Virus record (IMG/VR): IMGVR_UViG_3300042305_001857
Location: 1 to 55,931 of that record
Reading direction: 5' to 3' (one strand)
Length of the DNA: 55,931 nucleotides
Origin: a virus
Lineage: Duplodnaviria > Caudoviricetes
The position numbers and the translations under genes were made by a program. This document shows, piece after piece, positions 47,153 to 55,590 of the stretch. Each line of letters opens with the position of its first letter. Within the stretch, counting starts at the first letter, position 1. The notes below the pieces were generated by a model. It ran no database searches, had not been told where the DNA came from, and worked only from the letters and a program-made list of their open reading frames with translations.

Positions 47153-47503
47153 ATGTTTTACACCACAAGTTTATCAAAGTTTTTAGATGATACTTTTGCT
47201 TACACAAATAAAGATATTTTGGGTCATGGATACATTTATGATAGTGTCAAAACAGAAGAAGGAACAACTAAAATAGAAGTAGTTGTTCCAGGATATAGTA
47301 GAGAAGAACTAAAACTTGAAGTTTTTCACGACATTCTAAAACTATCTTGTGATACAAAAGGAAAACAGTTTGTTCGCAAATGGAAGATTGATAGTAGTGT
47401 TGATACTGAAACAATAAGTGCTGAAAGTAGAAATGGTATTTTGACTATAAATCTTTATAAAAATAAAGAAAATAGCAAAACAAGACATATCAATATTGAG
47501 TGA
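47153..47503 (+). CDS. Small heat-shock protein (Hsp20)
   Basis: 'VVPGYSREEL', 'FVRKW.I', 'ISAE..NGILTI.L'. Confidence 0.85.
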   Translation: MFYTTSLSKFLDDTFAYTNKDILGHGYIYDSVKTEEGTTKIEVVVPGYSREELKLEVFHDILKLSCDTKGKQFVRKWKIDSSVDTETISAESRNGILTINLYKNKENSKTRHINIE

Positions 47504-47541
47504 TATTTATAGTGTATTTTCATTGCAGATGAAAAATGCAC

Positions 47542-47572
47542 AAGGGCGCAACTGGTTTGCGCCCTTTTCTTT
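47542..47572 (+). terminator. Rho-independent terminator
   Basis: AAGGGCGCAA-CTGGT-TTGCGCCCTT followed by TTCTTT. Confidence 0.8.
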
Positions 47573-47593
47573 ATGAAAGGCCTATTTATCTTT

Positions 47594-47959
47594 ATGAAAG
47601 AGATTATTGAGAACTTCAAGCGATATACCAATAAAATAAACGAAGCGGCTGATGAAAGTCAGTTGAAAATAAGTTTATTGATGGTTATTGATCGCAATAT
47701 TGATCGCTATAAAGAAGACATTCTTTCAGACATTCGCGCAGTAACGGGCGTTACTATTATAAACATAGAACAACATAAAAATGTCAAAAATCTGGACTAC
47801 AATGTTGTATCTATGAAGTTTGATCTTGATCCATACAAGTCGCCAGATCCAGATGTAAAGGTAGATATGTTGAATGCCTTATTGAGAATCAGAAAACAAC
47901 TTCTGGCAATAAATGGTATTATTCGTGTAAAGTATCTTTCACGACCAGAGTCTTACTAA
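47594..47959 (+). CDS. Hypothetical protein (MKEIIENFKRY... start)
   Basis: CTATTTAT motif upstream; 'ILSDIRAVTGVTII'. Confidence 0.65.
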   Translation: MKEIIENFKRYTNKINEAADESQLKISLLMVIDRNIDRYKEDILSDIRAVTGVTIINIEQHKNVKNLDYNVVSMKFDLDPYKSPDPDVKVDMLNALLRIRKQLLAINGIIRVKYLSRPESY

Positions 47960-48136
47960 ATATGAAAAACGACAAACTATATGTAAAATCTACATGTTTA
48001 GTTTGTCTCGGCAAAAAAAGTTTTTGTTTTTATTGCGACAGTGGCTTGACATATGTTGAAGCCGCTGATAAGATCATAAAGGAATGGCTAAAAAACCAAA
48101 CACCAGAAATTAGAAAATATATCATTGGAGAAGAAA

Positions 48137-49417
48137 ATGAGGAACAGTAGTTTTGTAATACTTTTCTTTTTAGCTTTTAGTTCTTGTAACTGCGAACAAG
48201 AACCTCTCAAAGAAGTTTTACAAAATCCCTGTTATACCGATGTTAGCGGTGATGTGATAGAAATAAATGTTGATGATCCAAAACATGAAGATTTGAATAT
48301 TGGTGCTTGTTCAACTGGTTTGACATCAAGAGATAGCGAAGACAATCTTGTTTGTTTGAATGAAATAAAAAAACAACAAGAAACCTGCAACAATATTGAT
48401 GATGATTGCAATGGTTTTGTTGATGACCGTTGGAATGGCTTACCAATCATTATATCAGAACACAGTTCAAAAAATACTTGTGTTGGTCTTGGTGTGTGTG
48501 AATATGCAATACAAGAATGTGTTGAAGGTTCTTGGATATGTTCTTATCCCGATTCATACGGCGAAGAAATTTGTGATAACTTGGATAATGATTGTGATGG
48601 TGAAATAGACGAAGACACCATAGACGAGCCAATCTTTAGTAATGAAGAAAGATATGTTTATGAAGGAGATCCTGATACAATCAATGTTGGTGAATGTCGC
48701 GCTGGTTACAAAGAATGTGCTGATGGAATAGAATCAATAAGAAACATGAGAACTCCAACCACAGAAATTTGTGGAAATGGCGATGATGATGATTGTGATG
48801 GTGCAATAGATGAAAATGAAAATGGTGGAACTGCAAATGATTTCGTTTTCATCATAGATTTTTCTGGTTCTATGGACTATGCTATAGATCAAGTTGCAAA
48901 TGCTCTTTGTAACTGGTCATCACAAGGTATATTGCAAACAAGTCGTTTTGCTGTAGTAGCTATAGGATATAGAGATATCCAACCAAATCCAAGACAAATA
49001 AAAGTTCTAACTGATTTTACTGATTCCAGAACTGCTTGTTCTGTTGTCAGACAAGCAAACAGAACTGATTATCAAGGATTTACTGAATACCAGCTAAGTG
49101 CTGTTTACGAAGCAAATTTACCTGGTAGTCCAAACTCATTATCTTGGTCAGAAGATAATGAAAGAAAGGTTGTTATATTTAGTGACGAAACGCTGCAGCA
49201 AGACATAGCGCAAACAGTGCAAGAAGCAATAGAAATGGTTGTAGCACAATGTGTAGAACAAAATTATATTATAGGTGCCTTTATTGAATACAATATTTTT
49301 GATCAAACTCTTTGGCTTGAACTAACTCAAAGATGCGGTGGGTTTTTAGAATATCTTTCTACAAGTCCAAGCCAAATGATAGATGCTCTAAACTATTGGG
49401 TTGGCACAGACTGCTGA
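48137..49417 (+). CDS. Lipoprotein with Cys/Asp-rich MopE-type repeats and a vWA domain
   Basis: Lipobox 'AFSSC'; repeats ETCNNIDDDCNG, EICDNLDNDCDG, EICGNGDDDDCDG; MIDAS 'IIDFSGSM'; 'VVIFSDE'. Confidence 0.8.
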   Translation: MRNSSFVILFFLAFSSCNCEQEPLKEVLQNPCYTDVSGDVIEINVDDPKHEDLNIGACSTGLTSRDSEDNLVCLNEIKKQQETCNNIDDDCNGFVDDRWNGLPIIISEHSSKNTCVGLGVCEYAIQECVEGSWICSYPDSYGEEICDNLDNDCDGEIDEDTIDEPIFSNEERYVYEGDPDTINVGECRAGYKECADGIESIRNMRTPTTEICGNGDDDDCDGAIDENENGGTANDFVFIIDFSGSMDYAIDQVANALCNWSSQGILQTSRFAVVAIGYRDIQPNPRQIKVLTDFTDSRTACSVVRQANRTDYQGFTEYQLSAVYEANLPGSPNSLSWSEDNERKVVIFSDETLQQDIAQTVQEAIEMVVAQCVEQNYIIGAFIEYNIFDQTLWLELTQRCGGFLEYLSTSPSQMIDALNYWVGTDC

Positions 49418-49448
49418 TTATAACGATTGCTAAATACTATTTAGCAAT

Positions 49449-49778
49449 ATGAAGAGTGACGACGAGCAATCAATATTTGATTATGAGATTGGAGATCTTG
49501 TTCGTCTCGTAGAGGACTATAAACTTGAAGTTGGGTATGGTATTATAACCGATATAAAAGAAAACTTTGAAGATGTATATGATCTTGATTATTTGAGAAA
49601 AAAGATAGGAACGTTACGAGAAACAATACCAGCAAGAGATGATGATTTTTTTCCTTCAAGACCACAAATACTTGTTCTTTGGACTATAAAAAAAACAAAC
49701 ACAAATAACAACATTTCTATTTGGATGTATGCTGAAGAAATAGCGATATTACAAAAAGTTGTAAAACATACTAAATAA
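49449..49778 (+). CDS. Hypothetical SH3/KOW-like protein ('YEIGDLV')
   Basis: ACTATTTA upstream. Confidence 0.6.
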   Translation: MKSDDEQSIFDYEIGDLVRLVEDYKLEVGYGIITDIKENFEDVYDLDYLRKKIGTLRETIPARDDDFFPSRPQILVLWTIKKTNTNNNISIWMYAEEIAILQKVVKHTK

Positions 49779-49800
49779 ATATATAAAGAGAGATATACAA

Positions 49801-50382
49801 ATGGATTTGAAAGAACTAAAAAAACTGATAGAGCAAGTTAAAGCAGAAAAAAAGCAAACAATAAAAGAAGCATACACGACTTCTCCATTTAAATATGGCG
49901 ATGATGAGGTTCAGCCAGCAAGAACCACAAAATATCAAGATGCTATATCTGTAATGAAGTTTTTTATAGAAGAAAAACCAGAAGCCGGTTCGCCAGCAGC
50001 AGCATTTATTGCTGATTTGGAAAATATGATAAATGTTGGCAAACAAGTTGAAGCAGCAGTAACCTATGTCAATACGCCAGAAGAAGTAGCACTTCTTTCT
50101 AAAAAAATAAAAGATCCATTTGTTCGTAAAACTATTGCTGAAATAATGATGAAAACTGGAATGGCAAAAGAAAAAATAAATGCCTTCTTGCAACATTTGG
50201 AGCCAACAGTTACTGCGCCAGAAGATGTAAAGGCTGCAATGCAAAAACAATCGCAAGAAGAGCCAGAAGAACAGCCAACGCCACAGCCGTCACCATCTGT
50301 TTCTCCAACAGACAAAACATATATCACTCCTTCTAATCTACCAAAAACAGCCATGGGTAGAGTGAGTAAAAATACAAAATGA
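49801..50382 (+). CDS. Hypothetical protein (MDLKELKKLIEQV start, Pro/Gln-rich tail)
   Basis: 193-aa ORF. Confidence 0.65.
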   Translation: MDLKELKKLIEQVKAEKKQTIKEAYTTSPFKYGDDEVQPARTTKYQDAISVMKFFIEEKPEAGSPAAAFIADLENMINVGKQVEAAVTYVNTPEEVALLSKKIKDPFVRKTIAEIMMKTGMAKEKINAFLQHLEPTVTAPEDVKAAMQKQSQEEPEEQPTPQPSPSVSPTDKTYITPSNLPKTAMGRVSKNTK

Positions 50383-50506
50383 ATAACATGGGAACAATAT
50401 TTTATTTACTTACAATATTTGTTCCCTGTTTATATGTTTTTGTAAAAATGACAAAAGAAACATTTACAAAATAATGATATAGTATATAAAGTCACCTCCC
50501 TGCCGC

Positions 50507-50535
50507 TTGACTTGTCTGCCCTTGTGTGATATAGT
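50507..50535 (+). promoter_or_regulatory. Sigma70-type promoter (TTGACT-17-TATAGT, extended -10)
   Basis: Heads the early-like gene cluster. Confidence 0.65.
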
Positions 50536-50568
50536 TTTACTCGCTGCAACAAACCAGCGGAGATCACC

Positions 50569-51258
50569 GTGGCTTATTATCGCAGATATACTGCTCGTTC
50601 TAACTCGTATAACAATACACAGCATATTGTTCGCAATACACAGCCACAAGTTACCGAACAGGAACTCACTGATCCTGCTTTGCTTGATCGTATCAAGAAA
50701 CTTGCCGCTATTCCAACACTTTCCACTTGGGAAAAGGAGTTCTTGACCAGTATTGGTCAGTATCAACCGGTTCGGAACCGGATTACTGCTGGACAGTATA
50801 GCACTATGCGAAAGATTGAAGAAAAACATAGTGAAGAAACAGTAGCAAAGCAAAAGTCATTTGCTGATAGTTTTACTGATGAAATGCGCGAGAATATGAA
50901 GATTATTGCCGGTATTTATCGCGAAACTCATTCGCCATTTCATAAGGCACTCGTTGATCTTGTTCTTGAAAAAGATGGTTTTATTCCAAGTGCTACCCAG
51001 TGGGAAAGACTTATGGAAAATAAGTATGCACAGGGATATTTGCAAAATGCCAAAAGTATTGCCAAGTATAATATTGGTGATACTGTGACACCAAGTTCTC
51101 TTGGAAAGCATTTCACTTGGACTCATGCTATCGTTATTGATAATGCTGGTATTCTTCCACACACACACGCTGTTGGTGGAAAGCGTTATAGCCTTTTGCC
51201 ATATGGTGAAATGAATACCTGTTTTGTTGAAGAACGAGAAATCAAAAAGTCCCGTTGA
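50569..51258 (+). CDS. Hypothetical early protein
   Basis: GTG start after GGAG; 'WEKEFL.SI..Q'; C-terminal 'YNIGDTV' SH3-like segment. Confidence 0.7.
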   Translation: MAYYRRYTARSNSYNNTQHIVRNTQPQVTEQELTDPALLDRIKKLAAIPTLSTWEKEFLTSIGQYQPVRNRITAGQYSTMRKIEEKHSEETVAKQKSFADSFTDEMRENMKIIAGIYRETHSPFHKALVDLVLEKDGFIPSATQWERLMENKYAQGYLQNAKSIAKYNIGDTVTPSSLGKHFTWTHAIVIDNAGILPHTHAVGGKRYSLLPYGEMNTCFVEEREIKKSR

Positions 51259-51387
51259 TAACAAGGAACCAATATGATTGACTTGTTTTGTTTTATTTGC
51301 ATTGGTAAATGCACCAACAGTTTGTATGTTGTTGTATTTTTTTGCTGAACTTGCTGTTGAAGATAATCAATAAAAAGAGAAATCAAT

Positions 51388-51882
51388 ATGAAGTATGCAT
51401 TGAAGCCGTCATCGCGAACTATTGATATTCCAGGTTCTAACAAGATCATCTTCTTTGAAGATGAGCGATCTGTTATTTCTTTCTTTCACGAAAAAATGAA
51501 AGAGGATCTTGTTGTTCCAAACTCAAAGAATGAAAGGTTGAATAGCTGGCAATTGAAAAATTACAAACACTCAATCAGCGATTCTGATATAACCTCAGTT
51601 TATTCTTTTCTTGTTTCCAAGGAAGTTGATTTTATTTGGTTGAGCCATTCAACAAGAGTGAACAAGGCTATCAGGGAATATCTTGGAAAACAACATGGTG
51701 TATGGCAAATCACACACCGTATTCGTTCGCTTCCAATGAACTGGAGTCTTTATACTTTTGAAGAACATAAGCATGGTAAGATCATGAAAAATATTCGTTG
51801 GGGAACCTTCTGGCGACAAGCAAAGAAGCAAGAACTTTTCAAAGATATTTGTTTGGCCTACAAGATTCCAGAAAAGGAATGA
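51388..51882 (+). CDS. Hypothetical protein
   Basis: 164-aa ORF. Confidence 0.65.
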   Translation: MKYALKPSSRTIDIPGSNKIIFFEDERSVISFFHEKMKEDLVVPNSKNERLNSWQLKNYKHSISDSDITSVYSFLVSKEVDFIWLSHSTRVNKAIREYLGKQHGVWQITHRIRSLPMNWSLYTFEEHKHGKIMKNIRWGTFWRQAKKQELFKDICLAYKIPEKE

Positions 51883-51912
51883 ATAAACTGTCTACTTATT
51901 GAGGAGATATAT

Positions 51913-52149
51913 ATGATCCAAATGAATAGTGATATTGTTTATGTTCGTTCATATAATGGAAGCCTTGTTCCTGTAACCAAGGTTATGCTTGTTACAACTG
52001 ATCCAAATACTGGAAAGGTTGTGCAAGAAGTCCCTCTTACCGATTTGCTTGAAAAGTTGATGTATCACAATATGAACTCGTTTGAGAAAACTGAACACCA
52101 TTGGCGAGATGTTGAAAACTATGATATCATCGCAAAGACAAAGTCATGA
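51913..52149 (+). CDS. Hypothetical protein
   Basis: SD GAGGAG; CTACTTA motif upstream. Confidence 0.65.
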   Translation: MIQMNSDIVYVRSYNGSLVPVTKVMLVTTDPNTGKVVQEVPLTDLLEKLMYHNMNSFEKTEHHWRDVENYDIIAKTKS

Positions 52150-52525
52150 AAAATAAAACACCAAAAGATCGTAATATTTATGCTATTCATGCCTGGAATA
52201 AAAAAGGTGGAGCACATCGCGATCAAAAATGGCAATCAAAAAATCGTAAGCGTGGAAAGGTAAAGGTTGATACTTGTGAGTGATCGTTTTGCTAAAAAGA
52301 TAAAAAACATCAGTGAAACACAGATTCTGTGGAGTGTTTTTCCACGAATCAATGGTCACAAGTGGGTTGTAACATCTGCCAAAGATAATACTTTTATAGG
52401 ACCAGAAACTTATATGTTTGGTGCTGATGAAAATGGACATATTGTTGAGTGGCATGAACTTGAAGGCTCTTATCGTGGAGGTTTAGAGCACAGAATCTGT
52501 TTCCAAAATATTGGATACAATACAT

Positions 52526-52846
52526 ATGAATGAAGAAACAGAACATCAACCGGATCTAATACCACCAGAGGAAAATATAGAACCAGAACCTCCATTTGAG
52601 ATCGGCGATCTTGTTCAAATGAGAGCAAAAGATCTAAAAATAGGCAGGTTTAGAAAGATGCCAGCAAATGACTATGGTGTAGTTATAAGCCTGAAACCTC
52701 CAAGGCATCTACGTTCCGACTGGCTTGTTGAAGTATATTGGCAAAAGTTTATTCCTAAAACAAAAAGCCAAGTAAAACACAGGCGACTAAAAAAAGTAAG
52801 AGTAAAAAAAGGTAAAAATAAACAACATGCTACACAAAAAGATTGA
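52526..52846 (+). CDS. Hypothetical SH3/KOW-like protein ('FEIGDLV')
   Basis: ORF in an operon. Confidence 0.6.
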   Translation: MNEETEHQPDLIPPEENIEPEPPFEIGDLVQMRAKDLKIGRFRKMPANDYGVVISLKPPRHLRSDWLVEVYWQKFIPKTKSQVKHRRLKKVRVKKGKNKQHATQKD

Positions 52847-53116
52847 AGAGTTTATCAAAAATACCGGAGAAGGAGTAGTTCTTGATTATATCAACGGCCA
52901 GTTTGTTTTGGAGAGTAAATGTTTTGCAGAAGGCAAACCTAATACTATTATCAAGATCAAGGCTATGGGGGCGAATCTAAACAACTGTGTTGATAACTTT
53001 GTTTATCAACTGGAACAAATGGAATATAATAAAAGCAACAACAATGAAGATGACATTCATACCTACCGCTGGTACTGCTCATATTGAATAAATAATATCA
53101 TAAATGCGCTATGTGC

Positions 53117-53145
53117 TTGCGTTTTTCTTCCCGATGTGCTATAAT
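53117..53145 (+). promoter_or_regulatory. Sigma70-type promoter (TTGCGT-17-TATAAT, extended -10)
   Basis: Consensus TGcTATAAT. Confidence 0.65.
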
Positions 53146-53203
53146 ACACAAAACCAAGGTTAGATCACGCAGCAATAACAATATATTGTAGGAGAATATA
53201 CAG

Positions 53204-53911
53204 ATGTATAAGCGAACTGTTCGTTGTAGATATTGTTATAAGGATGGTCACACTTATGCGACTTGTGAAAGTCTCAAGGCTCATGTGGCAGTAAATCCCA
53301 CTAGTTATTGGGCTGCCCGCCTTTCTACTCGCAAGGAAAGTGCAAAGCATCGCAAGTGTAGTTATTGTAATGAAGAAGGTCACAACAAGAAAACTTGTTC
53401 CCATATTCTTTCCGACAAGGTAAAGATCGCAGCAGTCAATATCAGCTTTCGTAAAAAGTTTTACGAGAACATCATTGTAAGAGACGGTATTGTTCCGGGT
53501 GCTCTTGTAAAGATCAAGCGAGCTTCTGGATATGTGAATGGCGAATACAAGTATGATCTGCGAGATCAGCTTGCTCTTGTTGTTGATATCAAGTTGAATG
53601 AAGTAAATGCTCTGAATGGCAAGTCTGTATCAGCTATCATTATTGAATATCTACACATCACAGATTATCGTGGTGCGAAACAAGCACAAAGCTTTCCAGA
53701 GATTCCAAATTGGTATATTCTTGGAAAAAATAATACAAATGAAGATGCATGGGTGATTCCACAGCACAATATTGAAGTTGTCAGTCGTGGCTACTATGAC
53801 ATTGATAATGTTGAAGAATGGTCAAGAGATGTAAAGTCTATTGAGAATATTCAATCCAAACTCGGAGATCATCATTCTGTAACAAACGCAATAAACTTTT
53901 ATAATAAGTAA
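53204..53911 (+). CDS. Protein with two N-terminal CCHC zinc knuckles
   Basis: CRYCYKDGHTYATC and CSYCNEEGHNKKTC. Confidence 0.75.
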   Translation: MYKRTVRCRYCYKDGHTYATCESLKAHVAVNPTSYWAARLSTRKESAKHRKCSYCNEEGHNKKTCSHILSDKVKIAAVNISFRKKFYENIIVRDGIVPGALVKIKRASGYVNGEYKYDLRDQLALVVDIKLNEVNALNGKSVSAIIIEYLHITDYRGAKQAQSFPEIPNWYILGKNNTNEDAWVIPQHNIEVVSRGYYDIDNVEEWSRDVKSIENIQSKLGDHHSVTNAINFYNK

Positions 53912-53954
53912 TGATTGCAGTTTTGGTGTTCTGCTTATCAAAAACACCAGTTAC

Positions 53955-54026
53955 GCCAACGTAGTTTAACGGTAAAATTCCACTTTTGTAATGTGCGAGA
54001 TACAGGTTCAAATCCTGTCGTTGGCT
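53955..54026 (+). tRNA. tRNA-Thr(UGU), weak anticodon stem, no encoded CCA
   Basis: Acceptor GCCAACG/CGTTGGC, T-arm ACAGG-TTCAAAT-CCTGT, anticodon loop TTTGTAA. Confidence 0.7.
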
Positions 54027-54062
54027 TTCACTATATCTTATACAGTCCGCAAACTTCCGTGC

Positions 54063-54092
54063 TTGACAGCGCCGCGTCCGTTGTGCGATGAT
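54063..54092 (+). promoter_or_regulatory. Sigma70-type promoter (TTGACA, GC-rich spacer)
   Basis: GCTTGACA ... TGcGATGAT upstream of the AAA ATPase. Confidence 0.5.
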
Positions 54093-54169
54093 GGATCACC
54101 GACAGAGATCAACCCTGCAATCCCGCAGGGAGATCAGTTAGATAAACAGTAAACAAACGAGATAAAACA

Positions 54170-55231
54170 ATGCAGCTTGATTTTGCTACTTTCCTTCGCG
54201 TTGCAAAGCCGATTCTTGATAACCGGCTTCCACTTCTTCTTCGTGGCCGTCACGGTATTGGTAAGTCACAAGTGGTGTATCAGATTGCACAGGAAAGGAA
54301 TCTGCCGGTTGTCGAGCGTCGAGCCAGCCAGATGAGCGAGGGTGATCTTATTGGTCTTCCTGTGATCTCTGGTGATTCTACCAAGTGGAATCCCCCGGAT
54401 TGGTTCAAGACAGCGTGTAATAATGCCGTTCTCCTCTTTCTGGATGAGGTTGATCGTGCTGTTATTGAAGTGCGACAGGGTATCTTTGAGCTTACTGACA
54501 GCCGTAAGCTGAACGGTCATACTCTCCATCCTGATACCATTATTGTTGCCGCTGTAAACGGTGGTGAGAGTGGTTCACAGTATCAGGTTGGTGAAATGGA
54601 CCCGGCAGAGCTTGATCGTTGGTCTGCCTTTGATCTTTCTCCTACTGTGGAAGATTGGTTGTCTTGGGCAAAGAACAACACAAATCAGTTTGTTTACGAT
54701 TTCATCAATCTGAACCGTGAACACCTTGAGCATAAGAGTGACTTTGAACCTAACAAGGTTTATCCTTCTCGTCGTTCTTGGAAGCGACTGAATGATGTTC
54801 TTGTTGCTGCTGATATGTTTAGTGAAGATAATATCAAGGATATTCGCAATATCGCGGTTGGTTTTGTTGGTTATGAGGCTGCTATTGCCCTTCATGACTT
54901 TGTGGAGAAGTATGATCGTCAGGTCACTCCCGAAGATGTGATTGTGAATGGTAAGATTGAAAAGACTGCAAAGTTTGGTATCATTGAGCATTGTGCTCTT
55001 ATTGATAAGATTGAAAGCAAGGGTCTTCTTGCCAACAAGCTGCCAAAGGATCAGCTTGAGAATCTTGCACGTTATTTTGTTTCTCTCCCCAGTGAAGCTG
55101 CTATGAAGATGTGGCATCTTCTTGGTAAGGGTCTTGTTGATAACACTACCGCTTTCCATCAGGTTACTGTTGATGGTGCAAGTCCTTCCAAGTTTCTTTC
55201 TGAAATCCTTTCCGGTAAGAAGGTAAAGTGA
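54170..55231 (+). CDS. MoxR-like AAA+ ATPase
   Basis: Walker A 'GRHGIGKS', Walker B 'LFLDEVDRA', 'AAVN', 'MDPAELDRW', 'PSRRSW'. Confidence 0.88.
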   Translation: MQLDFATFLRVAKPILDNRLPLLLRGRHGIGKSQVVYQIAQERNLPVVERRASQMSEGDLIGLPVISGDSTKWNPPDWFKTACNNAVLLFLDEVDRAVIEVRQGIFELTDSRKLNGHTLHPDTIIVAAVNGGESGSQYQVGEMDPAELDRWSAFDLSPTVEDWLSWAKNNTNQFVYDFINLNREHLEHKSDFEPNKVYPSRRSWKRLNDVLVAADMFSEDNIKDIRNIAVGFVGYEAAIALHDFVEKYDRQVTPEDVIVNGKIEKTAKFGIIEHCALIDKIESKGLLANKLPKDQLENLARYFVSLPSEAAMKMWHLLGKGLVDNTTAFHQVTVDGASPSKFLSEILSGKKVK

Positions 55232-55315
55232 GTTAGTTTGTAGTTTTATGTGTTTAGCAGTATAACCAAAAGATACTGTGTAGTTTATCCGTTCTACAAC
55301 AAAACGGATATTTGT

Positions 55316-55392
55316 GGACCTCGGGTGTTTGGTTATCACAAGGGATCTTATAAGTCTCTATGAATTGGGTTCGATTCCCAAGGGGTCTACCA
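55316..55392 (+). tRNA. tRNA-Ile(UAU)
   Basis: Acceptor GGACCTC/GGGGTCT, anticodon arm GGGAT-CTTATAA-GTCTC, T-arm TTGGG-TTCGATT-CCCAA, 3' ACCA. Confidence 0.8.
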
Positions 55393-55590
55393 TTTATATT
55401 TTGTTTATATCAAAGGAGATAGTGTATGCTTTCTGTTGTTTTTGCTTTTTTTGTTTCTATCTTTTTTCCCGTTGATGAAACTCCGCCACGGAATATCCCT
55501 GTTGTAACTGTCCCAGAAGATGAGATCATTATTGAAAATATCATTGTAGAAAATCTTTGAATAACAATACACCAAACAGGAGATAAACAT

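Noticed and set aside
54575-55339. 254-aa minus-strand ORF
   Set aside because: Antisense shadow of the AAA ATPase, explained by that gene's avoidance of TTA/CTA/TCA codons; no motifs.
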